From a virus, in IMG/VR virus record IMGVR_UViG_3300017784_007549, positions 45,313 through 109,312 of that record: a DNA stretch of 64,000 bases. The stretch is one strand, 5' to 3'. This document shows positions 49,209 to 57,404 of this stretch, piece after piece (within the stretch, counting starts at the first letter, position 1; every line of letters begins with the position of its first letter). Below the pieces are notes generated by a model, which worked only from the letters and a program-made list of their open reading frames with translations, was not told the DNA's origin and did no database searches. Made by a program: the position numbers and the translations under genes.

Positions 49209-50117
49209 TTAAAAGATCTCTCGGCTAATAAAATACTGTTCTATATCTTTTATGATATCTTCACTTTTGATATATATAACTCCATCATTATTATAATCTA
49301 AAAAAGAAGTATCAAATTTGTATTTTTTGAGTAGTTCGTGTCTTGATAAGTACTTTTTAGAATCCCAATCTCCATGCCAAAGATGAACTATCGAAGAATT
49401 TAAATAATTAATTTTTGCATCTTTGAATTGATTATAATAATCATAAATCTCTTGACCATATTTTAACGAATAAATGGGATTTAGACTGTGTTTTTTTAGA
49501 ATTCTTTCTTCGCTTAAAGATTGTCCTGCTGATCTTGCTATAATTGAGTCCCCAGAGCCAATAATATTGTAGTCCCATAATTTTTTTATTTTATCGTAAA
49601 ATTTTCTATTAACCGCCCATCCAAATCCAGTATGACCATTTTCTAGTTTATTATTAATCAAATTAAATAAATAAGAATAATGCGTTTTTATTACATCTTC
49701 TTTGTTAAGGCAAATAAGATTATCTTTTTTCAAATCTGCGGCATGATCAAATATTTGTACAATATCATATTGTTTTAACGATAAAATAATTTTATTTACC
49801 CAATTATTGTCCATAAATAAAATATCTCCATCTATCCAAGATATGTACTCTGCATCTTTTGGTAAATGATTTTGTATTATTAAATTGATAAGATTTTCTT
49901 TAACCCAAATTCTTTGAGGTATGTTGTATTTTATATGCTTCCATGCTGTATTTGAGTAATCTTGTAAAGGGTTTTGTTTTTCAAAAATTCCTTCAACAAG
50001 TATAATTTTTAAATTATTTACTTTTGAATATCTTTTAAAAAATATTTGCAGATTTTTTTCTCTGTAAAGATTATTTAAATAATTGTAGTATGGTATTATA
50101 AGGTATAAATCGTTCAT
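49209..50117 (-). CDS. GT-A fold glycosyltransferase-like protein
   Basis: IIPYYN, WVKENLIN, WIDGDI, GSGD, HLWHG. Confidence 0.7.
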   Translation of the reverse strand: MNDLYLIIPYYNYLNNLYREKNLQIFFKRYSKVNNLKIILVEGIFEKQNPLQDYSNTAWKHIKYNIPQRIWVKENLINLIIQNHLPKDAEYISWIDGDILFMDNNWVNKIILSLKQYDIVQIFDHAADLKKDNLICLNKEDVIKTHYSYLFNLINNKLENGHTGFGWAVNRKFYDKIKKLWDYNIIGSGDSIIARSAGQSLSEERILKKHSLNPIYSLKYGQEIYDYYNQFKDAKINYLNSSIVHLWHGDWDSKKYLSRHELLKKYKFDTSFLDYNNDGVIYIKSEDIIKDIEQYFISREIF

Positions 50118-50121
50118 GTTT

Positions 50122-51198
50122 TTATATATAGTTTTTTAATATATCTATAACGTCTTGACTTTTGACATTTAAATTTTCGTCTTTTTTTACATCTATAACT
50201 TCGTAATTTTCTTTTTTTAAGAAAAAGGTTGCATTAGCTTTATATAAATACCTGATGGTTAATCTGCTATTTAACTCTAAGAGCTTACAATTCTCATTAC
50301 AATACATGGCGTTTAAAAATAATGACCCATGCAAACCAAATATAAATTTAGCTTTGCTAAATAAAAAAATTATTTCATATAAACTTTCGTCTCCATTTAT
50401 AATTATAAAATTTTTATCTTTTAAATATTCTAATAAAATTTGTTCGTCTATTATTCGTCTACCCCATCTTGTGTTTTTATTTCTAGAAAGATAAAGGTTT
50501 ATTTCTTTTAAACTTTTATATTCATCCATATGAATTAATGTTTTTTGTTTTATTTTATTAATATGTTGAATGTGTGATTCGCGAGAAATGCATTCGTAAG
50601 CTCTTGGTGAAAATGGAAATATTATTTTTTTAAAAAATAAAAATTCTCCTAAATTATTTGGCACAATACATTTATCTGGATTTATATCAAAAGCTTTCAA
50701 ATACGTATTAAAATCTTTTATTAGTCTGTTGTCTGATATTAAATGTAAGAAATCTTCTTCATTTTTCATTTTTTTAAAAACTATATTTTTTTGAAGATAA
50801 TCAAAAATATGACCAAATGAGTATGTGTCTTTTGGGGTTAATAAATGTATAGATTGTTTTTGAATTTTAATTATTTCATCTTTATTTATTTTTTTAAGTT
50901 TACCATCAATTTTTTTTTGTAAATAGTCTATTCTTTTATTTAATTGTTCTGCTCTTTTGTTTTGAGGAAAAAAAGACATACACTTGGGTATCCAATAACA
51001 ATAATCATCAGCAGTTTCTTTTATTATTTTAAAATCTTGATCAATTAATACTCCTGATTCTGTGTCCAAATAGACGTTTTCTAATATATATGCTGCAGCT
51101 TTTTTGTCTGAAAATGGTCTGAAAAGAAATTTACCATCTTCGAGATGACCATTTATGTAAACTGGTTGAATTTTAATTGCATCCATATTATATATCAT
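50122..51198 (-). CDS. GT61 (DUF563) family glycosyltransferase
   Basis: FGH, LYLSR...RRI, LFSKAKFIFGLHGSLFLN. Confidence 0.8.
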   Translation of the reverse strand: MIYNMDAIKIQPVYINGHLEDGKFLFRPFSDKKAAAYILENVYLDTESGVLIDQDFKIIKETADDYCYWIPKCMSFFPQNKRAEQLNKRIDYLQKKIDGKLKKINKDEIIKIQKQSIHLLTPKDTYSFGHIFDYLQKNIVFKKMKNEEDFLHLISDNRLIKDFNTYLKAFDINPDKCIVPNNLGEFLFFKKIIFPFSPRAYECISRESHIQHINKIKQKTLIHMDEYKSLKEINLYLSRNKNTRWGRRIIDEQILLEYLKDKNFIIINGDESLYEIIFLFSKAKFIFGLHGSLFLNAMYCNENCKLLELNSRLTIRYLYKANATFFLKKENYEVIDVKKDENLNVKSQDVIDILKNYI

Positions 51199-51237
51199 AA
51201 TAATGATAATACTAATCTAGTGTAAAATCTAATATAT

Positions 51238-51312
51238 ATGACCTTATCTACTACTTTAATTTGTTTTGCTGTATTGGTTTATATATATTATTTAGTAGAG
51301 AGAGTTAAGTAA
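51238..51312 (+). CDS. Putative 24-aa single-TM microprotein
   Basis: MTLSTTLICFAVLVYIYYLVERVK*; GTGTAA at 51220-51225 lies 12 nt upstream. Confidence 0.45.
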   Translation: MTLSTTLICFAVLVYIYYLVERVK

Positions 51313-51362
51313 AAATTATACAGTTGAGCTTACAATAAGTGCTCTGCTCGTTACCGAAGATT

Positions 51363-51587
51363 CTATTTAAAAACTACGTTAATCATTCCGCCATTATTAT
51401 TTGGCGCAACTCTTATGTTGAATGCTCTGATATCTGATACTTGCTTGCCTTCTGGTAAATTCAAATCAACAGAACTTAAAAAAGTAATGAAGTTTTGAAG
51501 TTGTTCGTTGGTGATTCTACTACGAGCCATTTCTAAAGAATTTGGCGTTGGTGCTTGATCTACTTTTTGTAGGTTAATTGGATCCAT
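51363..51587 (-). CDS. Hypothetical protein
   Basis: 74 aa; GTGTAA at 51596-51601 lies 8 nt upstream. Confidence 0.7.
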   Translation of the reverse strand: MDPINLQKVDQAPTPNSLEMARSRITNEQLQNFITFLSSVDLNLPEGKQVSDIRAFNIRVAPNNNGGMINVVFK

Positions 51588-51602
51588 AAATGTAATTACA
51601 CT

Positions 51603-52403
51603 TTATAATTGATTAATCCACTTGAAACTTTGACTAATTTGTTCTGAAAATTCTTTTCCTAGGACTTTGTTCCAATCTTTTTCTAGAGGTTCTACTTTAT
51701 TCCTTATGGTGTGATCTCCATATGGCCAACCAGCTTCATGTTCTGTTGTGTACTGTTCTACGTTATCAAAATCATGTTTTGGAGCTTTTAATTCTAAATA
51801 ATCCCATACTCCATCCATGGCTTCTTTTGGATTTTCTGTAAGGTTTTCAAAATTAACAAAATATAATTTATCTTTGTATCTTTTAACCGCGTCAGATAAT
51901 CTTTCAACAGCAATTCCAAGCGGAGGAATGTTAAGCCAGCCTTGAGCTCTCTTCTCTACAGTAGTCCAATTTTGAGGATTTTGTTTTTCAACACCAGTAA
52001 ATGGGAATGGATGCTTTTGCCATTTCTTTTCAAAAGAAGAAAGGATGCCACGCATATCACGAACTGGCACTAGCACTTTGGCGTTAGGCCAAATTGCAAA
52101 GAGCATATCAAGATGCCCAACCCAAGAACGACATTTATCAGCTACTATAGGTCTATCTGTTAATCTATTAAAAGCATTTTCACATCCACCCTTCACGTAG
52201 TCATAGAATAAAGTCTCGCCATCTCTGGGGTTTGGAATAGTCTTAAACTCTTCTGTGCTATGAAATTGTCTGGCAATATAACCTATTTCATGAAGTCCAC
52301 TAGTGGCGGTTGAATGAACTTTAGGATTTTGTGCTATAAGATTCATTAATAATGTTGATCCTGCCCTAGGCAGCCCAGATACAAAGTGAATTGTTTTACT
52401 CAT
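51603..52403 (-). CDS. Sulfotransferase family protein (start revised to ATG 52403)
   Basis: SGLPRAGST PAPS-binding loop, VRD...S motif, FENLTENP. Confidence 0.85.
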   Translation of the reverse strand: MSKTIHFVSGLPRAGSTLLMNLIAQNPKVHSTATSGLHEIGYIARQFHSTEEFKTIPNPRDGETLFYDYVKGGCENAFNRLTDRPIVADKCRSWVGHLDMLFAIWPNAKVLVPVRDMRGILSSFEKKWQKHPFPFTGVEKQNPQNWTTVEKRAQGWLNIPPLGIAVERLSDAVKRYKDKLYFVNFENLTENPKEAMDGVWDYLELKAPKHDFDNVEQYTTEHEAGWPYGDHTIRNKVEPLEKDWNKVLGKEFSEQISQSFKWINQL

Positions 52404-52409
52404 ATACAT

Positions 52410-52438
52410 ATTATATATTCTATAATATATTTTGTCAA
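52410..52438 (-). promoter_or_regulatory. Consensus sigma70 promoter, leaderless
   Basis: TTGACA-17 nt-TATAAT, then 6 nt to ATG 52403. Confidence 0.8.
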
Positions 52439-52450
52439 TTAAAATGAAAA

Positions 52451-55309
52451 TTAAGTCAAATCTTTGATGATTATAACGCCAGTCTTTCCTTGAAACGTTA
52501 CGCCCGGGCTAGGTGCGGCAGTCCAAGTGTTATCTGATATTCTTGCATGAATGGTCAATGCACCAACACCAAAAAACGCATTATTAGCAACAAAAGCTGT
52601 ATATGTTGTGTAGCAGTTCACTGTGGTAAGTGAAGAATTATTTCTAAATGCGCCCTGCCCAATGGTTAAAACAGTACTTGGTATAGTCACTGAAGTTAAT
52701 GAATTGGCAGTAAACGCATAATTCCCAATGCTATTTACGTTGCTGGGTATAGTCACTGAAGTTAATAAATTGTTACTAAATGCACCAACACTAATGACTT
52801 GGAGACTGTTACCTATGGTCACTGAGGCAAGTTGATTGTTATAAAATGCGCCATTCCCAATGGTTAAAACACTGTTTGGGATAGTTACTGAAGTTAATGA
52901 ATTGGTACTAAACGCATAATTCCCAATGCTAGTCGCAGTGTTGCTTATGGTCACAGATGAAATTGAATTGTTAGCGAATGTATAACTTCCAATAGTTTGG
53001 ACACTGTTGGGTATGGTTAATGGGCCGCCAATTTGATTATAACCGAATGCATTATTGCCAATGGTCTGAACACCGTTGGGTATGGTTAGCGAGGTAAGTA
53101 GATTGTTATAAAATGCGCTCTGCGCAATGGTTATGACACTGCTTCCTATGGTCAATGTGTCCATTTCATTGTAAGAAAATGCGTTGCTGCCAATGGTTAT
53201 CACGCTATTGGGTATGGTTAGTGAGCCAATTGAATTGTAATAAAATGCGTTGCTGCCAATGGTTATCACGCTATTGGGTATGGTTAGTGAGCCAATTTCA
53301 TTGCGAGCAAAACCACCAATGGTTGTAAGATTGTTGCCTATTATGGTCAATGAGCTAATTGAATTCTCTTTAAATGCATCCTCTCCAATAGTTGTAACAC
53401 TGCTTGGGATAGTAACACTAGTTAATGCTGAATAAGCAAACGCATAACTTCCAATGGTTGTTACGCTAGTGCCAATAGTGAGTGTGTTTAGGTTGCATTC
53501 ATTAAACGCTTCAGGCTCAATGGTTAAAACGCTGTTGGGAATTGTGATGCTGGCTAGACCGCAACCTTCGAACGCTTTACTTGCAATGCTCGTAAAGCTT
53601 ACATTGGTTGGTAAAGTAAGCGTGGTTAGGCTAGTACAATCTCGGAACGCACTAGCCCCAATGCTCGTTACGCTGTTGGGTATAGTAACGCTACTTAGCG
53701 GCAGGTAAGCAAACGCATAACTCCCAATGCTTGTTACGGTAGAAGTTGGTGTAAAGGTTACTGTGCCTAGGTTGGTGCCTCTGAACGCATAATATGGAAT
53801 GCTATTTACGGTATTTGGGATAGTGATGCTGGTTAGGCTAGAGCAGTTTTTGAATACAGCATCCCCAAGAGTCGTTACACTTGTTCCAATGGTGACTGTG
53901 GCTAGGCTTGCGCAACCTTGAAACGCATAACTCCCAATGCTTATTACGTTATTGGGAATAGTGATGCTGGCTAGACCGCAACCTTCGAACGCTCTGTTCC
54001 CGATACTATTCACATTATTGGGGATTGTAATGGAATTAAAAATAGTGTTTTGAAACGCATAATCACCAATGCTTGTAACGCTAGAATTTGGTGTAAAGGT
54101 GACTGTGGCTAGGCTAGAGCAATTTTGGAACATATAATTTCCAATGTTAGTTACGCTGTTACTAATAGTAGCTGTGGTTACGCTGGTGCAATCTCTGAAC
54201 GCATAACTTCCAATGCTTGTTACGCTGTTGGGGATTGTGATGCTGGTTAGGCTGGTGCAACCTTTAAACGCATAAGTTCCAATGCTCGTTACGCTGTTTG
54301 GTATGGTGATGGTAGTTAGGGCAGAGCAACCTCGGAAAGTATAACCACCAATACTCGTAAAGTTTATATTAGTTGGTAAAGTCGCTGTGGCAAGGCTGGT
54401 GCAACCATCGAACGCATAAGTTCCAATGCTCGTTACGCTGTTGGGGATTGTGATGCTGGCTAGGCCGGTGCAAACCTCGAACGCATAACTCGCAATACTA
54501 GTTACGCTTGAAGTTGCCGTAAATGTAATCGTGGATAGGTTTGGGCAACTACTGAACGCAGAATCTCCAATGCTGGTCACACCAGTACCAATGGTGACTG
54601 TGGTTAGGCTGGTGCAAGACTCGAACATATATGCGCCAATACTGCTGGTTACGCTATTTGGAATGGTAATGCTGGTTAGACTTGCGCAACCTCTGAAGGC
54701 ATAATCTGCAATACTTGTTACGCTATTAGGGATAGTTACACTAGTTAAGCCAGTATAAGCAAACGCATAACTTCCAATGCTCGTTACGCTGTTGTTGTTG
54801 GCAAAGATAACAGAGGCAACAGTAGCTTGGTTTGCTACCCAATTATCGGGTATGTTTCCTGTATTTGTTGAGCCGACTTGGTTACCAGAAGAGTTGAAAG
54901 CTCTTGAGGTGGTGATGAGTTCAAACGTTCTTGGAATTTTGAAGGTTGTATTTTTTTTAATTATTATTGACCTCGCTGGTAGCGACCCTGTAATATAAGT
55001 ATTACCGTAGGCAGGTAGAATTAAGATGGGTACTCCAGAACCTGTTGTGTAAATCCATCCAGTTGTAGGTATGGTCTTTGAATCAGAGGTTAAGTTAGTT
55101 GCTACAACTCCTCTACCGCTTAATAACCAACGATTTGTTGAAAAGTTCCAAATTAAGTTATACTCGTTATCATCATTATCAATATTATAAAAATATGAAT
55201 TTGTAACTTTATAAAAAAGATGAGTACCGTAATTAGAAAAAGTAATCTCAAGGCCACTAACGCTTTCCACTGGAATACCTTGACCATCTCTTTTAACTAT
55301 AAAAGCCAT
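52451..55309 (-). CDS. BspA-type (TpLRR/LRR_5) leucine-rich repeat protein
   Basis: About 30 copies of LTSITIPNSVTSIGxYAFxxC-like units; no signal peptide; GTGTAA at 55318-55323. Confidence 0.92.
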   Translation of the reverse strand: MAFIVKRDGQGIPVESVSGLEITFSNYGTHLFYKVTNSYFYNIDNDDNEYNLIWNFSTNRWLLSGRGVVATNLTSDSKTIPTTGWIYTTGSGVPILILPAYGNTYITGSLPARSIIIKKNTTFKIPRTFELITTSRAFNSSGNQVGSTNTGNIPDNWVANQATVASVIFANNNSVTSIGSYAFAYTGLTSVTIPNSVTSIADYAFRGCASLTSITIPNSVTSSIGAYMFESCTSLTTVTIGTGVTSIGDSAFSSCPNLSTITFTATSSVTSIASYAFEVCTGLASITIPNSVTSIGTYAFDGCTSLATATLPTNINFTSIGGYTFRGCSALTTITIPNSVTSIGTYAFKGCTSLTSITIPNSVTSIGSYAFRDCTSVTTATISNSVTNIGNYMFQNCSSLATVTFTPNSSVTSIGDYAFQNTIFNSITIPNNVNSIGNRAFEGCGLASITIPNNVISIGSYAFQGCASLATVTIGTSVTTLGDAVFKNCSSLTSITIPNTVNSIPYYAFRGTNLGTVTFTPTSTVTSIGSYAFAYLPLSSVTIPNSVTSIGASAFRDCTSLTTLTLPTNVSFTSIASKAFEGCGLASITIPNSVLTIEPEAFNECNLNTLTIGTSVTTIGSYAFAYSALTSVTIPSSVTTIGEDAFKENSISSLTIIGNNLTTIGGFARNEIGSLTIPNSVITIGSNAFYYNSIGSLTIPNSVITIGSNAFSYNEMDTLTIGSSVITIAQSAFYNNLLTSLTIPNGVQTIGNNAFGYNQIGGPLTIPNSVQTIGSYTFANNSISSVTISNTATSIGNYAFSTNSLTSVTIPNSVLTIGNGAFYNNQLASVTIGNSLQVISVGAFSNNLLTSVTIPSNVNSIGNYAFTANSLTSVTIPSTVLTIGQGAFRNNSSLTTVNCYTTYTAFVANNAFFGVGALTIHARISDNTWTAAPSPGVTFQGKTGVIIIKDLT
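53176..53297. repeat. Exact 56-bp direct repeat with 66-bp period inside the LRR gene
   Basis: 53176-53231 is identical to 53242-53297. Confidence 0.85.
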
Positions 55310-55322
55310 AAACTATATTACA

Positions 55323-55589
55323 CTAGTCTTTTAAATAGGTTTTAATATCTTTTATTAGCTTTTTTCTATTATTTCTTTCTAAAACCGTTATTAATGTGGC
55401 TAATGATATTGGAAAAGCAAACCTAAGAAAGAATTGAAGGTGATCTTCTTTACTTAATAAATCAAAGTAATTAAAGTAAAGGTCACTTAGCCCCCAAAGC
55501 GTGAAAAGTATTGCAGGGACAAAAGTGATAAAAAAGAACTTATCATAGGATTTTAAATCAGCCCACCAGTTCTTAATTTTGATCGCCAT
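55323..55589 (-). CDS. Small two-TM membrane protein (holin-like topology)
   Basis: Two hydrophobic segments and a basic C-terminus; GTGTAA at 55598-55603. Confidence 0.55.
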   Translation of the reverse strand: MAIKIKNWWADLKSYDKFFFITFVPAILFTLWGLSDLYFNYFDLLSKEDHLQFFLRFAFPISLATLITVLERNNRKKLIKDIKTYLKD

Positions 55590-55607
55590 ACATAGGCTTA
55601 CACAAGA

Positions 55608-55991
55608 TTAAATTGGAGTTGCTTCTTTAGGGTTTGGATTCGAATTTACTGATGGTATAAGTTGAGGGTTAAATTGTTGAGGTCCAAATGGCTGGGAGAT
55701 ATTGCTGGTACGATTTTCAGATCCACTCTCAGCATTAACATCTAAAGCAGGATCAAGCTCTGTTTCTGTTTTAGATTCAAATCCTTTTGATTCAACTTCT
55801 ACTGATCCACCGCCAGATGGAACATCATAGCTTTTGCCCATAATATCAAAAGATATTGGAACTGAATGTCCAGAGCTAACTAAAGTTATCTTGCCATTTT
55901 TGTCTTTGTTGATTGATATTTTGATTTTATCTTCAGCATAAGAAGATTGAATTAAAATCGCGGCTAATAGTATATATATTAATTTTTGCAT
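55608..55991 (-). CDS. Secreted protein
   Basis: Signal peptide MQKLIYILLAAILIQSSYA; Pro/Asn-rich tail. Confidence 0.7.
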   Translation of the reverse strand: MQKLIYILLAAILIQSSYAEDKIKISINKDKNGKITLVSSGHSVPISFDIMGKSYDVPSGGGSVEVESKGFESKTETELDPALDVNAESGSENRTSNISQPFGPQQFNPQLIPSVNSNPNPKEATPI

Positions 55992-56281
55992 AAATTTGTT
56001 TTTAATCTTACTTCTTTTATCATATAGCCTACTGATACATAGATTGCTTCATTATAAATTGGATTAGATGGTTTATGGCTATTTAAATTTAATATCCATT
56101 TATGAGAATCTAATCCTATAGGCTCAATACCTTTGGTAAAGCATGAAGCCTCTTTTGTAACATATACAAACTCTAATCCAGATTTTTCTATATCTTCTTT
56201 TAATGTAGACTCAGGCATATAAGCCAAACAAAAAATAAGCCCTGTTATAAAGATGCTAAATGTATAATAAATTTTATTCAT
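55979..56281 (-). CDS. Membrane-anchored hypothetical protein (start ATG 56281)
   Basis: N-terminal TM YYTFSIFITGLIFCLAY. Confidence 0.6.
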   Translation of the reverse strand: MNKIYYTFSIFITGLIFCLAYMPESTLKEDIEKSGLEFVYVTKEASCFTKGIEPIGLDSHKWILNLNSHKPSNPIYNEAIYVSVGYMIKEVRLKTNLCKN

Positions 56282-56496
56282 TGAATTGTAAAGATAGAAT
56301 ATCTTCCTTTTCCTAAGCATTGATAATAGTAACTATACTTCTCTTCTCCAACTTTATGAACTCCGAAAACTTCATCTTTAAAGTAATCCTTTAAACTAAC
56401 TGTATCGTGATCTCCAACATGTTTTTTAATCCAAGTAGAAACTTCACCAACGTTTCCTTCAAAGACTACTACTTTTCCATGACTTGTGTATTGCAT
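56278..56496 (-). CDS. Hypothetical protein
   Basis: 72 aa; overlaps both neighbours. Confidence 0.55.
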   Translation of the reverse strand: MQYTSHGKVVVFEGNVGEVSTWIKKHVGDHDTVSLKDYFKDEVFGVHKVGEEKYSYYYQCLGKGRYSIFTIQ

Positions 56497-56735
56497 TTTT
56501 CTGTTCCGCTAGCTGTTTGTATATCTAAATTGTTTTTAGTTTGTTTAGCCACGATTGATCCTATCATACTTAATATAAGAGCACAAGCAAAAATTAAAGC
56601 ATAATGAGTTTTTTGTTGAGCTTTCTTTTGGGCTCTATATTGATGAAAATTACTTATGAATTCTTCTGTGTCTCTTTTAGAAGGTAGACTATTTTCATAA
56701 TTACTTAATAATAGGTTTCTCATTTGATTTTCCAT
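56469..56735 (-). CDS. Single-TM protein with anti-sigma-like topology
   Basis: Short helical cytoplasmic N-terminus, basic patch, TM YALIFACALILSMIGSIVA. Confidence 0.5.
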   Translation of the reverse strand: MENQMRNLLLSNYENSLPSKRDTEEFISNFHQYRAQKKAQQKTHYALIFACALILSMIGSIVAKQTKNNLDIQTASGTEKCNTQVMEK

Positions 56736-56744
56736 TGTTTTATT

Positions 56745-57404
56745 TTACCTAGCTTTTGTATCAGATTCTAATATTACACTTCCATCTGTTCTTAACAAAT
56801 TTCTTGTGATTCCATGTGGATTTTTAATTGTTTTATCTAAAGCACCACTAGAATGATTAGTAAAAGCTTTGGTAAAATCAACTAAGAAATAATCATTTGC
56901 ATCTAATGTTAATATATTTTTTGGATTGTCAATACCATAAATACCGCCTGCTCCACCAAAGCAAGATCCTCTTTTCCAAATAGTAGGGTATTTTTCATTG
57001 TGCGCAGGACAACTAAATACCGTATTGGCTTTCTTTTTTTTGCCTGTGTATGTAACAGGAATATAATTGGTAAGATAATATTCTATGTTAGATTTATCCA
57101 CGACATTTTGAGTTGTGCCACCAAATCTACTGTCGCTAATGAACGAGTTTATGGTCTGACCATCAGAACCGGGAGGCAAAATATTATTATTGTCAGTTGC
57201 AAATAATAAAATTGATGCACCAACTTGTTTCATATTTGATGCGCAAATAGCTTGAGATGATTTACGCTTCACGGCCCCAAAAGCAGAAAATGACAAACTC
57301 ATCACAAATGTCATTATAACTATTACAACTGCCATTTCAACTAATGTGAAACCAAAGAGTTTTGATAGTCTTGGGTTTTTAAAAACCTTGTTGGAGGTTT
57401 GCAT
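56745..57404 (-). CDS. Prepilin-type N-methylation protein with H-X9-DG domain
   Basis: G^FTLVEMAVVIV, CASNMKQVG, FSCP, H-GITRNLLRT-DG (exact H-X9-DG spacing). Confidence 0.88.
   Translation of the reverse strand: MQTSNKVFKNPRLSKLFGFTLVEMAVVIVIMTFVMSLSFSAFGAVKRKSSQAICASNMKQVGASILLFATDNNNILPPGSDGQTINSFISDSRFGGTTQNVVDKSNIEYYLTNYIPVTYTGKKKKANTVFSCPAHNEKYPTIWKRGSCFGGAGGIYGIDNPKNILTLDANDYFLVDFTKAFTNHSSGALDKTIKNPHGITRNLLRTDGSVILESDTKAR

Noticed and set aside
32422-51198. Bacterial chromosomal O-antigen/capsule locus or host contamination
   Set aside because: Contiguous with phage genes, same composition and promoter style, and lacks wzx/wzy/wzm/wzt
51313-51362. Possible hairpin/terminator between convergent small ORFs
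   Set aside because: Stem is short and imperfect and has no U-tract
52451-55309. Diversity-generating retroelement or CRISPR array in the repeated DNA
   Set aside because: Repeats are in-frame coding LRR units; no reverse transcriptase or adenine-specific TR/VR pair in the window
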